DNA of 64,000 bases from Lingula anatina (Eukaryota; Animalia; Brachiopoda): contig JBPQGU010000016.1 in assembly GCA_051362555.1 (NCBI GenBank), positions 4,154,001 through 4,218,000 on the forward strand, written 5' to 3'. A model generated the notes under the pieces. It did no database searches, had not been told where the DNA came from, and saw only the letters and a program-made list of their open reading frames with translations. This document shows, piece after piece, positions 1 to 12,300 of the stretch. The translations under genes were made by a program, and so were the position numbers. Every line of letters starts with the position of its first letter. The stretch's first letter is position 1.

Positions 1-3000
1 TCTGACTACAAATGACCAAACACACCTACCAGACACTATAATGAAGAAAAAAATTTTTCAACCCTACCTGGCCAAAATTGAAGAAAACTGCCATATCCGG
101 ACCTTACGAAAATCACTCAAAATCACCCAAAAATGACCCGTCACCAAATTTTCCAAAAAGTGATGAAAATCAATCTACCACACCTGTCATTCATAAAAAA
201 TGTGGAAACGCGCCCGGATCACTTCATTAAAGCCCCCAATTTCAGCTTTAAAGATGGCCAAAAAGCACACCTGAGAACAGGATTTGGAGAGAGGGGGGGT
301 GGAGAGAGTTTTTGCTCTATTTCTTCCTTAATAATGACACAACCACTCTTCCAGCACTTTATTCTGACTACAAATGACCAAACACACCTACCAGACACTA
401 TAATGAAGAAAAAAATTTTTCAACCCTACCTGGCCAAAATTGAAGAAAACTGCCATATCCGGACCTTACGAAAATCACTCAAAATCACCCAAAAATGACC
501 CGTCACCAAATTTTCCAAAAAGTGATGAAAATCAATCTACCACACCTGTCATTCATAAAAAATGTGGAAACGCGCCCGGATCACTTCATTAAAGCCCCCA
601 ATTTCAGCTTTAAAGATGGCCAAAAAGCACACCTGAGAACAGGATTTGGAGAGAGGGGGGGTGGAGAGAGTTTTTGCTCTATTTCTTCCTTAATAATGAC
701 ACAACCACTCTTCCAGCACTTTATTCTGACTACAAATGACCAAACACACCTACCAGACACTATAATGAAGAAAAAAATTTTTCAACCCTACCTGGCCAAA
801 ATTGAAGAAAACTGCCATATCCGGACCTTACGAAAATCACTCAAAATCACCCAAAAATGACCCGTCACCAAATTTTCCAAAAAGTGATGAAAATCAATCT
901 ACCACACCTGTCATTCATAAAAAATGTGGAAACGCGCCCGGATCACTTCATTAAAGCCCCCAATTTCAGCTTTAAAGATGGCCAAAAAGCACACCTGAGA
1001 ACAGGATTTGGAGAGAGGGGGGGTGGAGAGAGTTTTTGCTCTATTTCTTCCTTAATAATGACACAACCACTCTTCCAGCACTTTATTCTGACTACAAATG
1101 ACCAAACACACCTACCAGACACTATAATGAAGAAAAAAATTTTTCAACCCTACCTGGCCAAAATTGAAGAAAACTGCCATATCCGGACCTTACGAAAATC
1201 ACTCAAAATCACCCAAAAATGACCCGTCACCAAATTTTCCAAAAAGTGATGAAAATCAATCTACCACACCTGTCATTCATAAAAAATGTGGAAACGCGCC
1301 CGGATCACTTCATTAAAGCCCCCAATTTCAGCTTTAAAGATGGCCAAAAAGCACACCTGAGAACAGGATTTGGAGAGAGGGGGGGTGGAGAGAGTTTTTG
1401 CTCTATTTCTTCCTTAATAATGACACAACCACTCTTCCAGCACTTTATTCTGACTACAAATGACCAAACACACCTACCAGACACTATAATGAAGAAAAAA
1501 ATTTTTCAACCCTACCTGGCCAAAATTGAAGAAAACTGCCATATCCGGACCTTACGAAAATCACTCAAAATCACCCAAAAATGACCCGTCACCAAATTTT
1601 CCAAAAAGTGATGAAAATCAATCTACCACACCTGTCATTCATAAAAAATGTGGAAACGCGCCCGGATCACTTCATTAAAGCCCCCAATTTCAGCTTTAAA
1701 GATGGCCAAAAAGCACACCTGAGAACAGGATTTGGAGAGAGGGGGGGTGGAGAGAGTTTTTGCTCTATTTCTTCCTTAATAATGACACAACCACTCTTCC
1801 AGCACTTTATTCTGACTACAAATGACCAAACACACCTACCAGACACTATAATGAAGAAAAAAATTTTTCAACCCTACCTGGCCAAAATTGAAGAAAACTG
1901 CCATATCCGGACCTTACGAAAATCACTCAAAATCACCCAAAAATGACCCGTCACCAAATTTTCCAAAAAGTGATGAAAATCAATCTACCACACCTGTCAT
2001 TCATAAAAAATGTGGAAACGCGCCCGGATCACTTCATTAAAGCCCCCAATTTCAGCTTTAAAGATGGCCAAAAAGCACACCTGAGAACAGGATTTGGAGA
2101 GAGGGGGGGTGGAGAGAGTTTTTGCTCTATTTCTTCCTTAATAATGACACAACCACTCTTCCAGCACTTTATTCTGACTACAAATGACCAAACACACCTA
2201 CCAGACACTATAATGAAGAAAAAAATTTTTCAACCCTACCTGGCCAAAATTGAAGAAAACTGCCATATCCGGACCTTACGAAAATCACTCAAAATCACCC
2301 AAAAATGACCCGTCACCAAATTTTCCAAAAAGTGATGAAAATCAATCTACCACACCTGTCATTCATAAAAAATGTGGAAACGCGCCCGGATCACTTCATT
2401 AAAGCCCCCAATTTCAGCTTTAAAGATGGCCAAAAAGCACACCTGAGAACAGGATTTGGAGAGAGGGGGGGTGGAGAGAGTTTTTGCTCTATTTCTTCCT
2501 TAATAATGACACAACCACTCTTCCAGCACTTTATTCTGACTACAAATGACCAAACACACCTACCAGACACTATAATGAAGAAAATAATTTTTCAACCCTA
2601 CCTGGCCAAAATTGAAGAAAACTGCCATATCCGGACCTTACGAAAATCACTCAAAATCACCCAAAAATGACCCGTCACCAAATTTTCCAAAAAGTGATGA
2701 AAATCAATCTACCACACCTGTCATTCATAAAAAATGTGGAAACGCGCCCGGATCACTTCATTAAAGCCCCCAATTTCAGCTTTAAAGATGGCCAAAAAGC
2801 ACACCTGAGAACAGGATTTGGAGAGAGGGGGGGTGGAGAGAGTTTTTGCTCTATTTCTTCCTTAATAATGACACAACCACTCTTCCAGCACTTTATTCTG
2901 ACTACAAATGACCAAACACACCTACCAGACACTATAATGAAGAAAATAATTTTTCAACCCTACCTGGCCAAAATTGAAGAAAACTGCCATATCCGGACCT

Positions 3001-3309
3001 TACGAAAATCACTCAAAATCACCCAAAAATGACCCGTCACCAAATTTTCCAAAAAGTGATGAAAATCAATCTACCACACCTGTCATTCATAAAAAATGTG
3101 GAAACGCGCCCGGATCACTTCATTAAAGCCCCCAATTTCAGCTTTAAAGATGGCCAAAAAGCACACCTGAGAACAGGATTTGGAGAGAGGGGGGGTGGAG
3201 AGAGTTTTTGCTCTATTTCTTCCTTAATAATGACACAACCACTCTTCCAGCACTTTATTCTGACTACAAATGACCAAACACACCTACCAGACACTATAAT
3301 GAAGAAAAA
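1..3309 (+). repeat. Tandem satellite, subfamily A, 362-bp monomer, about 9.1 copies (continues off the left edge)
   Basis: Identical ORFs recur at exact 362-bp steps (133, 495, 857 ... 3029). The only variant I saw is an A>T in the A-tract at 2585 and 2947. Confidence 0.98.
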
Positions 3310-3324
3310 CAGTGCCGGCACTGT
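3309..3324. other. 16-bp perfect palindrome ACAGTGCCGGCACTGT at the A/B inversion junction; recurs once per B monomer
   Basis: The sequence equals its own reverse complement. The aligned A segment (CCATATCCGGACCTTA) is not palindromic. Confidence 0.95.
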
Positions 3325-6300
3325 GAGATTTCTTCAATTTTGGCCAGGTAGGGATGAAAATTTTTTTTCTTCATTATAGTGTCAGGTAGGTGTGTTCGGT
3401 CATTTGTAGTAAGAATAAAGTGCTGGAAGAGTGGTGGTGTCAACATTAAGGAAGAAATAGAGCAAAAACTCTCTCTCCCCCCCCCCTCTCAGATTCTGTT
3501 CTCAGAGCTTATTTTTGGATCATCTTTAAAGCTAGAATTGGGGGCCTTGATGAAGTGACCCGGGCGCGTTTCCACATTTTTTATGAATGACAGGTGTGGT
3601 AGATTGATTTTCCTCACTTTTTGGAAAAATCGGAGACGGGTCGATTTTTGGTGATTTTGAGTGATTTTGAACAGTGCCGGCACTGTGAGATTTCTTCAAT
3701 TTTGGCCAGGTAGGGATGAAAATTTTTTTTCTTCATTATAGTGTCAGGTAGGTGTGTTCGGTCATTTGTAGTAAGAATAAAGTGCTGGAAGAGTGGTGGT
3801 GTCAACATTAAGGAAGAAATAGAGCAAAAACTCTCTCTCCCCCCCCCCCTCTCAGATTCTGTTCTCAGAGCTTATTTTTGGATCATCTTTAAAGCTAGAA
3901 TTGGGGGCCTTGATGAAGTGACCCGGGCGCGTTTCCACATTTTTTATGAATGACAGGTGTGGTAGATTGATTTTCCTCACTTTTTGGAAAAATCGAAGAC
4001 GGGTCGATTTTTGGTGATTTTGAGTGATTTTGAACAGTGCCGGCACTGTGAGATTTCTTCAATTTTGGCCAGGTAGGGATGAAAATTTTTTTTCTTCATT
4101 ATAGTGTCAGGTAGGTGTGTTCGGTCATTTGTAGTAAGAATAAAGTGCTGGAAGAGTGGTGGTGTCAACATTAAGGAAGAAATAGAGCAAAAACTCTCTC
4201 TCCCCCCCCCCTCTCAGATTCTGTTCTCAGAGCTTATTTTTGGATCATCTTTAAAGCTAGAATTGGGGGCCTTGATGAAGTGACCCGGGCGCGTTTCCAC
4301 ATTTTTTATGAATGACAGGTGTGGTAGATTGATTTTCCTCACTTTTTGGAAAAATCGGAGACGGGTCGATTTTTGGTGATTTTGAGTGATTTTGAACAGT
4401 GCCGGCACTGTGAGATTTCTTCAATTTTGGCCAGGTAGGGATGAAAATTTTTTTTCTTCATTATAGTGTCAGGTAGGTGTGTTCGGTCATTTGTAGTAAG
4501 AATAAAGTGCTGGAAGAGTGGTGGTGTCAACATTAAGGAAGAAATAGAGCAAAAACTCTCTCTCCCCCCCCCCCCTCTCAGATTCTGTTCTCAGAGCTTA
4601 TTTTTGGATCATCTTTAAAGCTAGAATTGGGGGCCTTGATGAAGTGACCCGGGCGCGTTTCCACATTTTTTATGAATGACAGGTGTGGTAGATTGATTTT
4701 CCTCACTTTTTGGAAAAATCGGAGACGGGTCGATTTTTGGTGATTTTGAGTGATTTTGAACAGTGCCGGCACTGTGAGATTTCTTCAATTTTGGCCAGGT
4801 AGGGATGAAAATTTTTTTTCTTCATTATAGTGTCAGGTAGGTGTGTTCGGTCATTTGTAGTAAGAATAAAGTGCTGGAAGAGTGGTGGTGTCAACATTAA
4901 GGAAGAAATAGAGCAAAAACTCTCTCTCCCCCCCCCCCTCTCAGATTCTGTTCTCAGAGCTTATTTTTGGATCATCTTTAAAGCTAGAATTGGGGGCCTT
5001 GATGAAGTGACCCGGGCGCGTTTCCACATTTTTTATGAATGACAGGTGTGGTAGATTGATTTTCCTCACTTTTTGGAAAAATCGGAGACGGGTCGATTTT
5101 TGGTGATTTTGAGTGATTTTGAACAGTGCCGGCACTGTGAGATTTCTTCAATTTTGGCCAGGTAGGGATGAAAATTTTTTTTCTTCATTATAGTGTCAGG
5201 TAGGTGTGTTCGGTCATTTGTAGTAAGAATAAAGTGCTGGAAGAGTGGTGGTGTCAACATTAAGGAAGAAATAGAGCAAAAACTCTCTCTCCCCCCCCCC
5301 CTCTCAGATTCTGTTCTCAGAGCTTATTTTTGGATCATCTTTAAAGCTAGAATTGGGGGCCTTGATGAAGTGACCCGGGCGCGTTTCCACATTTTTTATG
5401 AATGACAGGTGTGGTAGATTGATTTTCCTCACTTTTTGGAAAAATCGGAGACGGGTCGATTTTTGGTGATTTTGAGTGATTTTGAACAGTGCCGGCACTG
5501 TGAGATTTCTTCAATTTTGGCCAGGTAGGGATGAAAATTTTTTTTCTTCATTATAGTGTCAGGTAGGTGTGTTCGGTCATTTGTAGTAAGAATAAAGGGC
5601 TGGAAGAGTGGTGGTGTCAACATTAAGGAAGAAATAGAGCAAAAACTCTCTCTCCCCCCCCCCCTCTCAGATTCTGTTCTCAGAGCTTATTTTTGGATCA
5701 TCTTTAAAGCTAGAATTGGGGGCCTTGATGAAGTGACCCGGGCGCGTTTCCACATTTTTTATGAATGACAGGTGTGGTAGATTGATTTTCCTCACTTTTT
5801 GGAAAAATCGGAGACGGGTCGATTTTTGGTGATTTTGAGTGATTTTGAACAGTGCCGGCACTGTGAGATTTCTTCAATTTTGGCCAGGTAGGGATGAAAA
5901 TTTTTTTTCTTCATTATAGTGTCAGGTAGGTGTGTTCGGTCATTTGTAGTAAGAATAAAGTGCTGGAAGAGTGGTGGTGTCAACATTAAGGAAGAAATAG
6001 AGCAAAAACTCTCTCTCCCCCCCCCCTCTCAGATTCTGTTCTCAGAGCTTATTTTTGGATCATCTTTAAAGCTAGAATTGGGGGCCTTGATGAAGTGACC
6101 CGGGCGCGTTTCCACATTTTTTATGAATGACAGGTGTGGTAGATTGATTTTCCTCACTTTTTGGAAAAATCGAAGACGGGTCGATTTTTGGTGATTTTGA
6201 GTGATTTTGAACAGTGCCGGCACTGTGAGATTTCTTCAATTTTGGCCAGGTAGGGATGAAAATTTTTTTTCTTCATTATAGTGTCAGGTAGGTGTGTTCG

Positions 6301-9300
6301 GTCATTTGTAGTAAGAATAAAGTGCTGGAAGAGTGGTGGTGTCAACATTAAGGAAGAAATAGAGCAAAAACTCTCTCTCCCCCCCCCCTCTCAGATTCTG
6401 TTCTCAGAGCTTATTTTTGGATCATCTTTAAAGCTAGAATTGGGGGCCTTGATGAAGTGACCCGGGCGCGTTTCCACATTTTTTATGAATGACAGGTGTG
6501 GTAGATTGATTTTCCTCACTTTTGGAAAAATCGGAGACGGGTCGATTTTTGGTGATTTTGAGTGATTTTGAACAGTGCCGGCACTGTGAGATTTCTTCAA
6601 TTTTGGCCAGGTAGGGATGAAAATTTTTTTCTTCATTATAGTGTCAGGTAGGTGTGTTCGGTCATTTGTAGTAAGAATAAAGTGCTGGAAGAGTGGTGGT
6701 GTCAACATTAAGGAAGAAATAGAGCAAAAACTCTCTCTCCCCCCCCCCCCTCTCAGATTCTGTTCTCAGAGCTTATTTTTGGATCATCTTTAAAGCTAGA
6801 ATTGGGGGCCTTGATGAAGTGACCCGGGCGCGTTTCCACATTTTTTATGAATGACAGGTGTGGTAGATTGATTTTCCTCACTTTTTGGAAAAATCGGAGA
6901 CGGGTCGATTTTTGGTGATTTTGAGTGATTTTGAACAGTGCCGGCACTGTGAGATTTCTTCAATTTTGGCCAGGTAGGGATGAAAATTTTTTTTCTTCAT
7001 TATAGTGTCAGGTAGGTGTGTTCGGTCATTTGTAGTAAGAATAAAGTGCTGGAAGAGTGGTGGTGTCAACATTAAGGAAGAAATAGAGCAAAAACTCTCT
7101 CTCCCCCCCCCCTCTCAGATTCTGTTCTCAGAGCTTATTTTTGGATCATCTTTAAAGCTAGAATTGGGGGCCTTGATGAAGTGACCCGGGCGCGTTTCCA
7201 CATTTTTTATGAATGACAGGTGTGGTAGATTGATTTTCCTCACTTTTTGGAAAAATCGGAGACGGGTCGATTTTTGGTGATTTTGAGTGATTTTGAACAG
7301 TGCCGGCACTGTGAGATTTCTTCAATTTTGGCCAGGTAGGGATGAAAATTTTTTTTCTTCATTATAGTGTCAGGTAGGTGTGTTCGGTCATTTGTAGTAA
7401 GAATAAAGTGCTGGAAGAGTGGTGGTGTCAACATTAAGGAAGAAATAGAGCAAAAACTCTCTCTCCCCCCCCCCCCTCTCAGATTCTGTTCTCAGAGCTT
7501 ATTTTTGGATCATCTTTAAAGCTAGAATTGGGGGCCTTGATGAAGTGACCCGGGCGCGTTTCCACATTTTTTATGAATGACAGGTGTGGTAGATTGATTT
7601 TCCTCACTTTTTGGAAAAATCGGAGACGGGTCGATTTTTGGTGATTTTGAGTGATTTTGAACAGTGCCGGCACTGTGAGATTTCTTCAATTTTGGCCAGG
7701 TAGGGATGAAAATTTTTTTTCTTCATTATAGTGTCAGGTAGGTGTGTTCGGTCATTTGTAGTAAGAATAAAGTGCTGGAAGAGTGGTGGTGTCAACATTA
7801 AGGAAGAAATAGAGCAAAAACTCTCTCTCCCCCCCCCCTCTCAGATTCTGTTCTCAGAGCTTATTTTTGGATCATCTTTAAAGCTAGAATTGGGGGCCTT
7901 GATGAAGTGACCCGGGCGCGTTTCCACATTTTTTATGAATGACAGGTGTGGTAGATTGATTTTCCTCACTTTTTGGAAAAATCGGAGACGGGTCGATTTT
8001 TGGTGATTTTGAGTGATTTTGAACAGTGCCGGCACTGTGAGATTTCTTCAATTTTGGCCAGGTAGGGATGAAATTTTTTTTTCTTCATTATAGTGTCAGG
8101 TAGGTGTGTTCGGTCATTTGTAGTAAGAATAAAGTGCTGGAAGAGTGGTGGTGTCAACATTAAGGAAGAAATAGAGCAAAAACTCTCTCTCCCCCCCCCC
8201 TCTCAGATTCTGTTCTCAGAGCTTATTTTTGGATCATCTTTAAAGCTAGAATTGGGGGCCTTGATGAAGTGACCCGGGCGCGTTTCCACATTTTTTATGA
8301 ATGACAGGTGTGGTAGATTGATTTTCCTCACTTTTTGGAAAAATCGGAGACGGGTCGATTTTTGGTGATTTTGAGTGATTTTGAACAGTGCCGGCACTGT
8401 GAGATTTCTTCAATTTTGGCCAGGTAGGGATGAAATTTTTTTTCTTCATTATAGTGTCAGGTAGGTGTGTTCGGTCATTTGTAGTAAGAATAAAGTGCTG
8501 GAAGAGTGGTGGTGTCAACATTAAGGAAGAAATAGAGCAAAAACTCTCTCTCCCCCCCCCCTCTCAGATTCTGTTCTCAGAGCTTATTTTTGGATCATCT
8601 TTAAAGCTAGAATTGGGGGCCTTGATGAAGTGACCCGGGCGCGTTTCCACATTTTTTATGAATGACAGGTGTGGTAGATTGATTTTCCTCACTTTTTGGA
8701 AAAATCGGAGACGGGTCGATTTTTGGTGATTTTGAGTGATTTTGAACAGTGCCGGCACTGTGAGATTTCTTCAATTTTGGCCAGGTAGGGATGAAAATTT
8801 TTTTTCTTCATTATAGTGTCAGGTAGGTGTGTTCGGTCATTTGTAGTAAGAATAAAGTGCTGGAAGAGTGGTGGTGTCAACATTAAGGAAGAAATAGAGC
8901 AAAAACTCTCTCTCCCCCCCCCCTCTCAGATTCTGTTCTCAGAGCTTATTTTTGGATCATCTTTAAAGCTAGAATTGGGGGCCTTGATGAAGTGACCCGG
9001 GCGCGTTTCCACATTTTTTATGAATGACAGGTGTGGTAGATTGATTTTCCTCACTTTTTGGAAAAATCGGAGACGGGTCGATTTTTGGTGATTTTGAGTG
9101 ATTTTGAACAGTGCCGGCACTGTGAGATTTCTTCAATTTTGGCCAGGTAGGGATGAAAATTTTTTTTCTTCATTATAGTGTCAGGTAGGTGTGTTCGGTC
9201 ATTTGTAGTAAGAATAAAGTGCTGGAAGAGTGGTGGTGTCAACATTAAGGAAGAAATAGAGCAAAAACTCTCTCCCCCCCCCTCTCAGATTCTGTTCTCA

Positions 9301-12300
9301 GAGCTTATTTTTGGATCATCTTTAAAGCTAGAATTGGGGGCCTTGATGAAGTGACCCGGGCGCGTTTCCACATTTTTTATGAATGACAGGTGTGGTAGAT
9401 TGATTTTCCTCACTTTTTGGAAAAATCGGAGACGGGTCGATTTTTGGTGATTTTGAGTGATTTTGAACAGTGCCTTCACTGTGAGATTTCTTCAATTTTG
9501 GCCAGGTAGGGATGAAAATTTTTTTCTTCATTATAGTGTCAGGTAGGTGTGTTCGGTCATTTGTAGTAAGAATAAAGTGCTGGAAGAGTGGTGGTGTCAA
9601 CATTAAGGAAGAAATAGAGCAAAAACTCTCTCTCCCCCCCCCTCTCAGATTCTGTTCTCAGAGCTTATTTTTGGATCATCTTTAAAGCTAGAATTGGGGG
9701 CCTTGATGAAATGACCCGGGCGCGTTTCCACATTTTTTATGAATGACAGGTGTGGTAGATTGATTTTCCTCACTTTTTGGAAAAATCGGAGACGGGTCGA
9801 TTTTTGGTGATTTTGAGTGATTTTGAACAGTGCCGGCACTGTGAGATTTCTTCAATTTTGGCCAGGTAGGGATGAAAATTTTTTTTCTTCATTATAGTGT
9901 CAGGTAGGTGTGTTCGGTCATTTGTAGTAAGAATAAAGTGCTGGAAGAGTGGTGGTGTCAACATTAAGGAAGAAATAGAGCAAAAACCCTCTCTCCCCCC
10001 CCCCTCTCAGATTCTGTTCTCAGAGCTTATTTTTGGATCATCTTTAAAGCTAGAATTGGGGGCCTTGATGAAGTGACCCGGGCGCGTTTACACATTTTTT
10101 ATGAATGACAGGTGTGGTAGATTGATTTTCGTCACTTTTTGGAAAAATCGGAGACGGGTCGATTTTTGGTGATTTTGAGTGATTTTGAACAGTGCCGGCA
10201 CTGTGAGATTTCTTCAATTTTGGCCAGGTAGGGATGAAAATTTTTTTTCTTCATTATAGTGTCAGGTAGGTGTGTTCGGTCATTTGTAGTAAGAATAAAG
10301 TGCTGGAAGAGTGGTGGTGTCAACATTAAGGAAGAAATAGAGCAAAAACTCTCTCTCCCCCCCCCCTCTCAGATTCTGTTCTCAGAGCTTATTTTTGGAT
10401 CATCTTTAAAGCTAGAATTGGGGGCCTTGATGAAGTTACCCGGGCGCGTTTACACATTTTTTATGAATGACAGGTGTGGTAGATTGATTTTCGTCACTTT
10501 TTGGAAAAATCGGAGACGGGTCGATTTTTGGTAATTTTGATTGATTTTGAACAGTGCCGGCACTGTGAGACTTCTTCAGTTTTGGCCAGGTAGGGATGAA
10601 AATTTTTTTTCTTCATTATAGTGTCAGGTAGGTGTGTTCGGTCATTTGTAGTAAGAATAAAGTGCTGGAAGAGTGGTGGTGTCAACATTAAGGAAGAAAT
10701 AGAGCAAAAACTCTCTCTCCCCCCCCCCCTCTCAGATTCTGTTCTCAGAGCTTATTTTTGGATCATCTTTAAAGCTAGAATTGGGGGCCTTGATGAAGTG
10801 ACCCGGGCGCGTTTCCACATTTTTTATGAATGACAGGTGTGGTAGATTGATTTTCCTCACTTTTTGGAAAAATCGGAGACGGGTCGATTTTTGGTGATTT
10901 TGAGTGATTTTGAACAGTGCCGGCACTGTGAGATTTCTTCAATTTTGGCCAGGTAGGGATGAAAATTTTTTTTCTTCATTATAGTGTCAGGTAGGTGTGT
11001 TCGGTCATTTGTAGTAAGAATAAAGTGCTGGAAGAGTGGTGGTGTCAACATTAAGGAAGAAATAGAGCAAAAACTCTCTCTCCCCCCCCCCTCTCAGATT
11101 CTGTTCTCAGAGCTTATTTTTGGATCATCTTTAAAGCTAGAATTGGGGGCCTTGATGAAGTGACCCGGGCGCGTTTCCACATTTTTTATGAATGACAGGT
11201 GTGGTAGATTGATTTTCCTCACTTTTTGGAAAAATCGGAGACGGGTCGATTTTTGGTGATTTTGAGTGATTTTGAACAGTGCCGGCACTGTGAGATTTCT
11301 TCAATTTTGGCCAGGTAGGGATGAAAATTTTTTTTCTTCATTATAGTGTCAGGTAGGTGTGTTCGGTCATTTGTAGTAAGAATAAAGTGCTGGAAGAGTG
11401 GTGGTGTCAACATTAAGGAAGAAATAGAGCAAAAACTCTCTCCCCCCCCCTCTCAGATTCTGTTCTCAGAGCTTATTTTTGGATCATCTTTAAAGCTAGA
11501 ATTGGGGGCCTTGATGAAGTGACCCGGGCGCGTTTCCACATTTTTTATGAATGACAGGTGTGGTAGATTGATTTTCCTCACTTTTTGGAAAAATCGGAGA
11601 CGGGTCGATTTTTGGTGATTTTGAGTGATTTTGAACAGTGCCTTCACTGTGAGATTTCTTCAATTTTGGCCAGGTAGGGATGAAAATTTTTTTCTTCATT
11701 ATAGTGTCAGGTAGGTGTGTTCGGTCATTTGTAGTAAGAATAAAGTGCTGGAAGAGTGGTGGTGTCAACATTAAGGAAGAAATAGAGCAAAAACTCTCTC
11801 TCCCCCCCCCTCTCAGATTCTGTTCTCAGAGCTTATTTTTGGATCATCTTTAAAGCTAGAATTGGGGGCCTTGATGAAGTGACCCGGGCGCGTTTACACA
11901 TTTTTTATGAATGACAGGTGTGGTAGATTGATTTTCGTCACTTTTTGGAAAAATCGGAGACGGGTCGATTTTTGGTGATTTTGAGTGATTTTGAACAGTG
12001 CCGGCACTGTGAGATTTCTTCAATTTTGGCCAGGTAGGGATGAAAATTTTTTTTCTTCATTATAGTGTCAGGTAGGTGTGTTCGGTCATTTGTAGTAAGA
12101 ATAAAGTGCTGGAAGAGTGGTGGTGTCAACATTAAGGAAGAAATAGAGCAAAAACTCTCTCCCCCCCCCTCTCAGATTCTGTTCTCAGAGCTTATTTTTG
12201 GATCATCTTTAAAGCTAGAATTGGGGGCCTTGATGAAGTGACCCGGGCGCGTTTACACATTTTTTATGAATGACAGGTGTGGTAGATTGATTTTCGTCAC

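Noticed and set aside
1-362. Monomer as a tandem 5S rRNA, tRNA or snRNA gene unit
   Set aside because: No recognisable 5S, tRNA A/B-box or snRNA sequence was seen. An Infernal/Rfam scan would settle it.
10126-10160. CENP-B-box-like words (TTTCGTCAC...TTGGAAAAATCGGAGACGGG)
   Set aside because: The spacing does not fit the NTTCGNNNNANNCGGGN core; the resemblance is only partial.
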